In this document: piece by piece, positions 15,372 to 22,489 of the stretch
How the letters are laid out: the number at the start of each line of letters is the position of its first letter
How positions within the stretch are numbered: the stretch's first letter is position 1
From: Synechococcus sp. GreenBA-s
GTDB lineage: Bacteria > Cyanobacteriota > Cyanobacteriia > PCC-6307 > Cyanobiaceae
NCBI GenBank assembly: GCA_024345855.1
Contig: JAGQBX010000008.1
Coordinates: 12,181-36,180 of the forward strand
Direction: 5' to 3'
DNA length: 24,000 bases
Notes under the pieces: model-generated
Seen by the model: only the letters and a program-made list of their open reading frames with translations
Databases searched by the model: none
Told to the model about the DNA's origin: nothing
Made by a program: the position numbers and the translations under genes

Positions 15372-15604
15372 GGAGCCGTGGCGCTCGGTGAGACGCAGCC
15401 AGAGGCGCAGGCTGCGGCAGGCCGCCCGGTAGCGCTGCAGCGCCTGTGGATCGAGGCCAGAGCCGGTCAGTGCCCTTGCACAGCAGCAGGGGAGTCAGGC
15501 TATCGGTATCGGCCCCGGCGCTCCTGTCCCCGGGGCTGGGGCTCGGGGACAAACGTCCGCTCACCAGCGTTAGCGTTCCGGCCCAGCCTTCGGCGGACAC
15601 AGCC

Positions 15605-16900
15605 ATGGCCCGCAGAACTCGCCGGATCGCGGTTCTGATGCTCGTGGCGGCTTGGCTGCTGGCGTTGCTCGTGCACGGGTCCAGCGCCGCGCGCGCCCAG
15701 GCGGTGCCGACGGCGGCGGCCTCGGTGCTGCCGCAGCCCACCGCCGCGATCGAGCGCACGGAGCTGCGCGGCGTATGGCTCACCGCCAACGACATGCCCA
15801 CCCTGCGGGACCGCGAGCGCATGCAGGCGACCGTGGCCCAGCTGGCCGCGCTGAACTTCAACACCCTCTATGCCGTGGCCTGGAACGGGGGGCACGCCTA
15901 CTACCCCAGCCCCGTGAGCGAGGGGCGCGGCCTGCAGAGCTTCACCTACCGCGGCCTGCAGGGCCAGGACGTGCTGGCGGAGCTCACCGAGGAGACCCAT
16001 CGGCGCGGCCTGCTGCTGATCCCCTGGTTCGAGTTCGGCTTCATGACGCCCCCCGATGGCGATCTGGCCCGGCGCCATCCCGACTGGCTCACCCGCAGGC
16101 AGGACGGCGGGCGCACCTCGATCAGCGCCGCCGGGGAGGTGGCCTGGCTCAATCCCTTCAGGCCGGAGGTGCAGCAGCTGATCACCGACCTGGTGCTGGA
16201 GGTGGTGGGCACCTACGACGCCGATGGCATCCAGTTCGACGACCACATGAGCCTGCCGCGGGACTTCGGCTACGACCCGTTCACCGTGGCGCTCTACACC
16301 AAGGACACGGGCAAACCCCCGCCGGCCAACCCCGCCGATGCCGCCTGGATGCGCTGGCGCACCGAGCGGATCACCGCCTTCATGGCCCAGCTCAGCCAGG
16401 CGGTGAAGGAGCGCAAGCCCGGAGCGATCGTCTCCGTGTCGCCCAACTACTACGACTTCGCCCTCAAGCTGCAGCTGCAGGACTGGCTGAGCTGGGTGCG
16501 GCGCGGCCTGGTGGATGAACTGCTGATCCAGATCTACCGCCCGGATCTGGAGAGCTTCGTGCCCCAGCTCAGCCGACCGGAGGTGCATGAGAGCCAGCGG
16601 CGTATCCCCACGGCGATCGGAATCATGGGCGGCCAACGCACCCGTCCGGCGCCGCTGGCGCTGATCCAGGCCCAGGTGCAGGCCGCCCGCGAACGCCAGC
16701 TCGGGGTGGCGTTCTTCTACCTCGAAAGCCTCTGGAGCCTCGGCAGCGAGCCCCGCGAGTCGCGCCTGGCGGGGCTGGCCCAGCTGTTCGCGGCCCCGGC
16801 CCAGCGCCAGCGACCGACGTCCCTGGCCGTGCCCCCCGCGGCGGTGGGAGCGCCACAAGCACCGGCACCTCCCCCGCTACCGCCGCCGCCGGGCCCCTAG
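15605..16900 (+). CDS. Secreted glycoside-hydrolase-like protein (GHL10 / DUF187 family) with a Pro-rich tail
   Basis: ATG 15605 gives the signal peptide MARRTRRIAVLMLVAAWLLALLVHGSSAARA. ELRGVWLTANDM...LNFNTLYAVAWNGGHAYYPS is typical of this family. The C-terminus is APAPPPLPPPPGP. Confidence 0.7.
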   Translation: MARRTRRIAVLMLVAAWLLALLVHGSSAARAQAVPTAAASVLPQPTAAIERTELRGVWLTANDMPTLRDRERMQATVAQLAALNFNTLYAVAWNGGHAYYPSPVSEGRGLQSFTYRGLQGQDVLAELTEETHRRGLLLIPWFEFGFMTPPDGDLARRHPDWLTRRQDGGRTSISAAGEVAWLNPFRPEVQQLITDLVLEVVGTYDADGIQFDDHMSLPRDFGYDPFTVALYTKDTGKPPPANPADAAWMRWRTERITAFMAQLSQAVKERKPGAIVSVSPNYYDFALKLQLQDWLSWVRRGLVDELLIQIYRPDLESFVPQLSRPEVHESQRRIPTAIGIMGGQRTRPAPLALIQAQVQAARERQLGVAFFYLESLWSLGSEPRESRLAGLAQLFAAPAQRQRPTSLAVPPAAVGAPQAPAPPPLPPPPGP

Positions 16901-17302
16901 CCGTCGGCCCAGGGCCGAGCCCAGCACCACCAGGGCCAGGCCCGCCCCCAGGCTCACCAGCAGCACCGCCAGGGCGGCCGGGGTGGAACCGCGCCGCAGC
17001 GCCTCGGCCAGCTGCAGCATCCAGGAGGAGAAGGTGGTGAGCGAGCCGCAGAAGCCGATGCCGGCCCACAGGTAGAGCCGCTGGGATCCAGGCGGCTGGC
17101 TGGTGAGCACGCCGATCAGCAGGCAGCCGATCAGGTTGGCCAGCAGGTCCGCGGCCGTGAGGCCCCGCAGGCCGCCCACGGCCTGGTGGCCGATCTGCTC
17201 CAGCTGCCAGCGCAACAGGGCGCCGGGGATGGCGCCGGCGGCCACCAGCACCAGGTCGCGCACCTCACCCCGCAGCAGCGGTTTCCAGGGACCCGGGCTC
17301 AT
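16877..17302 (-). CDS. crcB: Fluoride channel CrcB/FluC, second copy
   Basis: Four TM segments, GIGFCGSLTTFSSW motif, N-terminal GAIPGALLR. Its ATG overlaps the stop of the upstream crcB (ATGA at 17302..17299). Confidence 0.85.
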   Translation of the reverse strand: MSPGPWKPLLRGEVRDLVLVAAGAIPGALLRWQLEQIGHQAVGGLRGLTAADLLANLIGCLLIGVLTSQPPGSQRLYLWAGIGFCGSLTTFSSWMLQLAEALRRGSTPAALAVLLVSLGAGLALVVLGSALGRRLGARRRR

Positions 17303-17679
17303 GGCTGCTCCCCCAGGGCGAGGCCGGCCGCCATCGCCAACAGCCCTCCGGCCACCGAGCCCCCCGCCAGCAGGCCCGCCTCGCGCCAGTGGCGCGCCGC
17401 CAGGACGCCGCGCAGCTCGGCCATGAAGGTGGAGAAGGTGCTGAAGCTGCCCAGAAACCCCGTGCCGAGCAGCAGCATCACCCGCTGGCCCGGGCCGCAG
17501 CTGCGCTCCAGACCCACCAGCAGGCCCAGGGCGAAGCAGGCGATCACGTTCACGCCGAAGGTGCCCCAGTGCTTGCGGGGCAGCATCGGCTCGAAGTGGT
17601 TCACCACCCGGAAGCGCAGCCAGGCCCCGGGAACAGCCCCCAGCGCCACCAGCAGCGGATCGGAACTGGCCATCGGCAT
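17299..17679 (-). CDS. crcB: Fluoride channel CrcB/FluC, first copy
   Basis: GAVPGAWLRF, FGVNVIACFALG, and the GTGFLGSFSTFSTF motif. Length 126 aa. Confidence 0.85.
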   Translation of the reverse strand: MPMASSDPLLVALGAVPGAWLRFRVVNHFEPMLPRKHWGTFGVNVIACFALGLLVGLERSCGPGQRVMLLLGTGFLGSFSTFSTFMAELRGVLAARHWREAGLLAGGSVAGGLLAMAAGLALGEQP

Positions 17680-17726
17680 CCGAACGGACGAATCCCGGTA
17701 GTTTCGATGGCCGCAGCTGAGCCCCC

Positions 17727-18923
17727 ATGACCGCCAGCGATCACCTCACGGCGCTTAGGGCTGACTTCGAGCAGGACGCCCGCCTCAATGAGGTGTTCCT
17801 GGTGCTCAGCGTGGGCGCCAGCCTGATCGCCATCCTCGGCCTGCTGGCCAACAGCACGGCCGTGGTTATCGGCGCCATGGTGGTGGCCCCCTGGATCTCG
17901 CCGCTGCGCTCGATGGCGTTCGGCATCCTGGAGGGCCGCTTCGCCCTGGTGGGCCAGGCGCTCGGCACCCTGACCACCGGGGTCGTGAGCACCACGGCGA
18001 TCGCGGCCCTGCTGGGCAGCTTCTCCGGCTTCCCGAGTTTCGGCAGCGAGGTGCTCAGCCGCACGGCTCCCAACCTGCTCGACCTGGGCATTGCCCTGGT
18101 GGCCGGCGGCATCGCCACCTACGCGCGGGTGCGCAGCGATGCGGTGTCGTCGATCGCCGGCACCGCCATCGCCGTGGCCCTGGTGCCGCCGATGTGTGTG
18201 GTGGGGCTGCTGCTCTCGGCCGGCCTGTTCGAGCCGGCGCTGGGGGCCGCCCTGCTGTTCGCCACCAACCTGCTGGGCATCCTCAGCGGTGGTCTCGTGG
18301 TGCTCGCGATCCTGGAGCCATCACTGCGCTTCCGCTTCTGGCGCAGCCGCGTGGGGCTGGTGAGCCTGCTGCTCACGGCCCTGCTGCTGATCCCCCTGAG
18401 CAGCAGTTTCCTGCGGCTGCTGGATCAGGCCCGGCGCGACGCGGCCGCGCAGCTGGTGGAACGCGCCATCGCCACCAGCCTCAAGCGGGAGACGATCAGC
18501 CTGGGACGCGAGGCCGAGGTGGTGGGGGTGTCCATCGACTGGACCCAGAATCCGCCCCTGATCCGTGCGTCGGCCCGCGTCACCAACCCGCGCCTGCCGA
18601 CGCCGAAGCAGGTGGCCGCCATTCAGGACTACATCAACAGCAAGCAGCCGATCAACTTCCGCCTGGTGGTGCAGCGCGTCTCCACCGATGTGGTGGGCCC
18701 CGAGACCGATCCCAACCCACCCCAGGTGCAGGAGCAGCTGCGCGGGGGGCGACTCTCCCCGAAGCCCCCCCTGCCCGAGGCCCCTGAGCCAGCCGCTCAG
18801 CCCGGCGGCGAGGACGCTCCGCCCGTTCAGGCCAAACCTCCGGCGGCTGCCGACACCCCCCCGGGCGACCCGGCCCAAGGCCCCGACGAGCCAGCCGCGG
18901 CAGGCTCCGCCACCACCCCTTGA
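17727..18923 (+). CDS. DUF389-family integral membrane protein with a Pro/Ala-rich C-terminal tail
   Basis: The segment AVVIGAMVVAPWISPLRSMAFG and repeated TM blocks are typical of DUF389. The tail is PKPPLPEAPEPAAQPGGEDAPP... Confidence 0.7.
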   Translation: MTASDHLTALRADFEQDARLNEVFLVLSVGASLIAILGLLANSTAVVIGAMVVAPWISPLRSMAFGILEGRFALVGQALGTLTTGVVSTTAIAALLGSFSGFPSFGSEVLSRTAPNLLDLGIALVAGGIATYARVRSDAVSSIAGTAIAVALVPPMCVVGLLLSAGLFEPALGAALLFATNLLGILSGGLVVLAILEPSLRFRFWRSRVGLVSLLLTALLLIPLSSSFLRLLDQARRDAAAQLVERAIATSLKRETISLGREAEVVGVSIDWTQNPPLIRASARVTNPRLPTPKQVAAIQDYINSKQPINFRLVVQRVSTDVVGPETDPNPPQVQEQLRGGRLSPKPPLPEAPEPAAQPGGEDAPPVQAKPPAAADTPPGDPAQGPDEPAAAGSATTP

Positions 18924-19110
18924 GCCATCCAGCGTGAGCCTGCGGCCACCATCCGTGGGCGGCAACGAACAAGGGACGAGCTGCTGATTGGGAAGCTGGT
19001 GGTACCTGGAACTGACCACATCGTGCCCCGTGGGCGCAATGCTGAGGCGGGTCATTGGAGCCCGAAACTGGTCACGAGCTGACCTAACTTGCAGCAAACA
19101 CGCCGCTCCA

Positions 19111-20277
19111 ATGGCCCCAGCCCAGTCCCTGGCTGAGATCCGTCCTGCGCGCCAGAGCCGCACGCTCACGGTTCTGCTGGCCCTGGTGGCCGCCCTGGCG
19201 GTGGGCGTGGCGGGCTACGGCTGGCGCCAGAGCGCCCTGGCCCTGGTGGGGGTGCTGTTCGGGATCAGCCTCTACCACGCCAGTTTCGGCTTTGCCTCCT
19301 CCTACCGGCAGCTTCTGCTGCGGGGGGACGGCCGCGGGGTGCTCGCCCAGGTGCTGATGCTCAGCCTGGCCACCCTGCTGTTCGCACCGTTGCTGATCTC
19401 CGGCGTGGGGCGCGGCGCCGTGGCGCCGTTGGCGCTGCAGGCCGTGATCGGCGCCTTCGTGTTCGGCATCGGCATGCAGCTGGGCAGCGGCTGCGCCTGC
19501 GGCACCCTCTACACGATCGGTGGGGGCAGCGCCATGATGCTGCTCACCCTGGTGAGCTTCTCGGGCGGCTCCTTCGCCGCCAGCCTCAGTAGCCAGCCTT
19601 GGTCGGTGCTGCCGCGGCTCGAGCCCGTGTCGCTGCTGCAGCTGTGGGGCTGGGGCGGCGCGGGCCTGCAGCTGCTGGTGCTGGCCGCCGTGGCCCTGGC
19701 GCTCTGGCGCTGGCAGCGGCCCCGGCTGGCGGAGGAGGGTTTCTGGCCGCGCGCCACGGGCTGGCGCAGCCTGGCGGTGGGCCCCTGGTCGCTGGTGGGA
19801 GGAGCGGTGTCGCTCGCCCTGCTCAACGGCCTTACCGTGGTGCTGGCGGGACGGCCCTGGGGCGTCACCCGGGGCTTCACCCTCTGGGCCGCCAAGCTGG
19901 CCACGCTGCTGGGCTGGAATCCCGACACCAGCCCCCTCTGGAGCCAGGGCCCCCTCGCCGCGTCCCTGCAGGCGAACCTGTTCGCCGACGTGACCTCGGT
20001 GATGAACCTGGGGATCGTGCTCGGTGCGGCCCTGGCGGCGGCCCTGGCGGGGCGGCTGAGCGTGCGCACGCCGCCATCGGCGGCGGCCTGGCTGGCGGCG
20101 CTGCTGGGCGGACTGATGATGGGGTATGGCGCCTGGCTGGCCTTCGGCTGCAACGTGGGCGCCTACTTCAGCGGCATCGCCTCCACCAGCCTGCACGGCT
20201 GGCTCTGGATTACCTGTGCGCTGCTGGGCACGGCGGTGGGGGTGCGCCTGCGCCCCTGGTTCGGCCTGCCCAGCTGA
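19111..20277 (+). CDS. YeeE/YedE-family (thiosulfate / sulfur-compound) transporter
   Basis: Two conserved Cys-containing loops, GMQLGSGCACGTLY and LAFGCNVGAYFSG, and a multi-TM profile. ATG 19111 was chosen; the ORF opens at 18988. Confidence 0.8.
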   Translation: MAPAQSLAEIRPARQSRTLTVLLALVAALAVGVAGYGWRQSALALVGVLFGISLYHASFGFASSYRQLLLRGDGRGVLAQVLMLSLATLLFAPLLISGVGRGAVAPLALQAVIGAFVFGIGMQLGSGCACGTLYTIGGGSAMMLLTLVSFSGGSFAASLSSQPWSVLPRLEPVSLLQLWGWGGAGLQLLVLAAVALALWRWQRPRLAEEGFWPRATGWRSLAVGPWSLVGGAVSLALLNGLTVVLAGRPWGVTRGFTLWAAKLATLLGWNPDTSPLWSQGPLAASLQANLFADVTSVMNLGIVLGAALAAALAGRLSVRTPPSAAAWLAALLGGLMMGYGAWLAFGCNVGAYFSGIASTSLHGWLWITCALLGTAVGVRLRPWFGLPS

Positions 20278-20327
20278 GGTCGCCCTGGCTGCCACCCGGC
20301 CGCGCTGCCCAGCTGAGGTCGCCCTGG
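20266..20327. repeat. 23-bp perfect direct repeat (ctgcccagctgaggtcgccctgg) at 20266..20288 and 20305..20327
   Basis: Read directly from the sequence. The first copy contains the last codons and the TGA of the YeeE-family gene. The second copy lies in the 61-bp spacer before the convergent gene. Confidence 0.85.
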
Positions 20328-20338
20328 AGCGAATCCCC

Positions 20339-21037
20339 TCAGGGCTGGGGCGTCGGGCACTGCTGGGTCTCGAAGTTGCAGCTGTAGATGGCCGGCTTCT
20401 GCCAGTTCAGCGGAATCTCCAGCAGATCCCTCGGGCCACTGATGCCCTGGGCCAGGAACACCACGGCGGCGAGCACGTTGGCACTCACATGCAGGCGGCG
20501 CCAGCGGAGGCTGCGGTGGATCTCCGGCTTCGAGGCCAGCGACAGCAGCAGCAGGCCGCAGAGGCCGATGCCACCCCAGAAGTGCGACTGCCAGAAGGCG
20601 AGCTGGAAGGGGTTGTCGCTGAGGCGGTAGACCTCGCCCTGCACGCCCAGCCCGATCAGGCCCGCCCAGGTGAGCAGGGCGAAGCTGGCCCGGTAGGCCG
20701 CATTGCGGGACCGCCACAGGGCGGCGAAGGCGGCAGCGGTGCCCACCACCACCAGGCTCAGCAGCCCCAGCCGGCTGGGGCCGCCGGCGAATGCGGCCAG
20801 GGGCTTGCTGGTGCCGATTACCACCACCAGGGCCACCAGCACGCCGAGCACCACGGCGCCGCTGAGCAGACGGCCCAGGTCGGCATGGTCGCGGCCAACG
20901 GTGGCCGGATCCTTGCTGTGCTCCAGCCGGCGCCGGCGGGTCTGGAGCGCCAGGCGCAGCACCTGGCCCAGCAGGGGGTAGATCACCACCACGGCCAGGA
21001 CCGGGTGCAGCAGCCAGAGCCAGTCGACGGTCTGCAT
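20339..21037 (-). CDS. Integral membrane protein, DUF4079-like (assignment tentative)
   Basis: N-terminus MQTVDWLWLLHPVLAVVVIYPLLG, about 6 TM segments, and conserved-looking His residues (LHP, RDHADLG, SHFWGG, LHVSANV). Coding-type GC3 usage. Confidence 0.55.
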   Translation of the reverse strand: MQTVDWLWLLHPVLAVVVIYPLLGQVLRLALQTRRRRLEHSKDPATVGRDHADLGRLLSGAVVLGVLVALVVVIGTSKPLAAFAGGPSRLGLLSLVVVGTAAAFAALWRSRNAAYRASFALLTWAGLIGLGVQGEVYRLSDNPFQLAFWQSHFWGGIGLCGLLLLSLASKPEIHRSLRWRRLHVSANVLAAVVFLAQGISGPRDLLEIPLNWQKPAIYSCNFETQQCPTPQP

Positions 21038-21088
21038 GGGGGGAGACGCGATCAGGACAACGCAGCGGGCGACACCGGCGCCCGGCCC

Positions 21089-21325
21089 TCAGTGGCCGCT
21101 GTGGGCACCGCAGCCGCCGGCCTGGCTGGAGGCGCCGCAACCGCCTGCCTCTGCGGCGGCAGCGGTGGGCTTGGCCGGGGCGACCTTGGGCTTGCTGCCC
21201 TTGGCGGCCGGCGTGGTGGCCTTGCCACCGCTGGAGCTCTGGGCCAGGGCTGGAGCCGCCACGGCGGCGCTGCTGATCACGGCGGCGGCCAGGCCGCGGG
21301 CCAGCCGGTCGGACAGGGAGGGCAT
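21089..21325 (-). CDS. Small (78 aa) secreted protein with a duplicated GGCGA motif and an HSGH C-terminus
   Basis: ATG at 21325..21323. Signal peptide MPSLSDRLARGLAAAVISSAAVAAPALA|Q, an Ala/Lys/Pro linker, and the tail AGGCGASSQAGGCGAHSGH. Strongly GC3-biased codons. It is embedded in a longer artefactual 270-aa ORF. Confidence 0.55.
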   Translation of the reverse strand: MPSLSDRLARGLAAAVISSAAVAAPALAQSSSGGKATTPAAKGSKPKVAPAKPTAAAAEAGGCGASSQAGGCGAHSGH

Positions 21326-21527
21326 GGAGGCGAGACCAACGGGGAGACGGAACGACAACGGCCGGGTTGAAGGCAGCGGCCGCGCACTGCACCCCAGGAT
21401 GGCGCCCTGGGGGTCGATCCGGTGCAGCGCTGATGACAGGCGCCGCTGCAGCCGACGCCCCGCTGCGGCACCTGGGCTTGACTGGGCCCCGTGCTTGAAC
21501 AACCCTCCGGGGATCGGCGGGACACGG

Positions 21528-22004
21528 GTGGATTGGATCGGGCGGATCGGCGACAGCATCGGGGCCCTCGGCCGGGTCCTCGAGGCTCTGGGCCGCTGGT
21601 TCGCGCGCCTGATCGGCTGGGGGGCGCCGGCCCGGCAGGCCCCTGCCAGGGTGGGGGCCTCGGGCCGCGCCCAGCGCAAGGCCCGCGGCACCGTGATGGT
21701 GAATCCGCCGGCGGGCGAGCTCACCGACCTCCAGGGCGGCCTCTGGCGGGTGGTGCTCTGGGATGTGAGTGAGTCGGGCATCTGCGTGGCGATCCGCGGG
21801 CGCCAGCCCCAGCTGCAGCGCGGTGCGGCGATGAGCCTGCGGCTGCACGATCCGGTCACGACGATCACGGGGCGCTTCCGCATGGAGCTGATGTGGACCA
21901 AGGTCGAGGGCCAGGACCTCTATCTGGGCCTCAAGCTGCGCAAGGGCTCGGCACCGATCCGCAGCAGCTTTCTGCACCGTTACCTGCCCCGTGGGAACTC
22001 CTAG
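21528..22004 (+). CDS. PilZ-like domain protein (DxSxxG present, RxxxR degenerate)
   Basis: RAQRKAR...(24 aa)...LWDVSESGICV, followed by a beta-rich segment. Start is uncertain: GTG 21528 gives MDWIGRIGDSIGALGRVLEAL, and an alternative ATG lies at 21399. Stop is TAG at 22002..22004. Confidence 0.55.
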   Translation: MDWIGRIGDSIGALGRVLEALGRWFARLIGWGAPARQAPARVGASGRAQRKARGTVMVNPPAGELTDLQGGLWRVVLWDVSESGICVAIRGRQPQLQRGAAMSLRLHDPVTTITGRFRMELMWTKVEGQDLYLGLKLRKGSAPIRSSFLHRYLPRGNS

Positions 22005-22029
22005 GCTCGGGCCCATCACCACCGGATTG

Positions 22030-22464
22030 ATGGCTTACGGGAAACGCGCTGCTGACCCCCCGCCTACGCCAGGGGCAGGACGGACGCCGCGCCACGAGCA
22101 GCGCACCGTGATGCCCTTCCCCTCCGGCGCCATCCGGGTGGAGATCACCCCCCCCAACGGCGACCCCGTTCTGCACGGCAACCTCTGGGACCTGACCCAT
22201 GACGGCTGCTGCGTGGTGGTGGACGGCCAGGCCGACGAGCTGGTCGACAGCAACTGCGGGCTGACCCTCATGGATCCCGCTTCAGGCTCCTCGCTCGAGG
22301 CCCTGGCCCTCCTGGAGTGGTGCGACGACACGATCAAGAACAGCTTCTGCGGCTTCCGCTTCGTGATGCCCGTGCAGCTTCCCAGCGGCACCTTCCTCGA
22401 CGACTACCTGCCGGAGCAGCCCAGCCAAGCCCAACCCCCCGAGGACCCGGCACCCGTGCCCTGA
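22030..22464 (+). CDS. PilZ-like domain protein (RxxxR and DxTxxG motifs)
   Basis: RHEQR, then 28 aa, then DLTHDG. Paralogous to the upstream gene and to the fragment at 3..308. ATG at 22030. Pro-rich tail. Confidence 0.6.
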   Translation: MAYGKRAADPPPTPGAGRTPRHEQRTVMPFPSGAIRVEITPPNGDPVLHGNLWDLTHDGCCVVVDGQADELVDSNCGLTLMDPASGSSLEALALLEWCDDTIKNSFCGFRFVMPVQLPSGTFLDDYLPEQPSQAQPPEDPAPVP

Positions 22465-22489
22465 CGGCAGCGATCGCAGGCCCTGGAGG

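Noticed and set aside
17680-17726. Possible fluoride riboswitch upstream of crcB
   Set aside because: Only 47 nt are available, and the minus-strand sequence GGGGGCUCAGCUGCGGCCAUCGAAACUACCGGGAUUCGUCCGUUCGG lacks the conserved crcB-motif core. This still needs a covariance-model scan to be formally excluded.
21382-21430. Nested inverted repeat (GCGCacTGCACC...GGTGCAGCGC with inner CCAGG/CCTGG) in the divergent spacer, enclosing the alternative ATG 21399
   Set aside because: Inverted repeats of this size, with a bulge, arise easily by chance in DNA this GC-rich. There is no supporting conservation or positional evidence. It is worth a look only if ATG 21399 proves to be the real start.
20163-22022. 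619-aa minus-strand ORF
   Set aside because: It crosses four differently oriented real genes and intergenic DNA. Its product is R/P/G/A-rich and low in complexity. Only the segment in another frame, 21089..21325, looks genuinely coding.
22470-22477. GCGATCGC (HIP1) palindromes, also at 2777..2784, 7454..7461 and 17997..18004
   Set aside because: Four copies is only a mild excess over my rough composition-based expectation of about one. This supports a cyanobacterial origin but is not a feature in itself.
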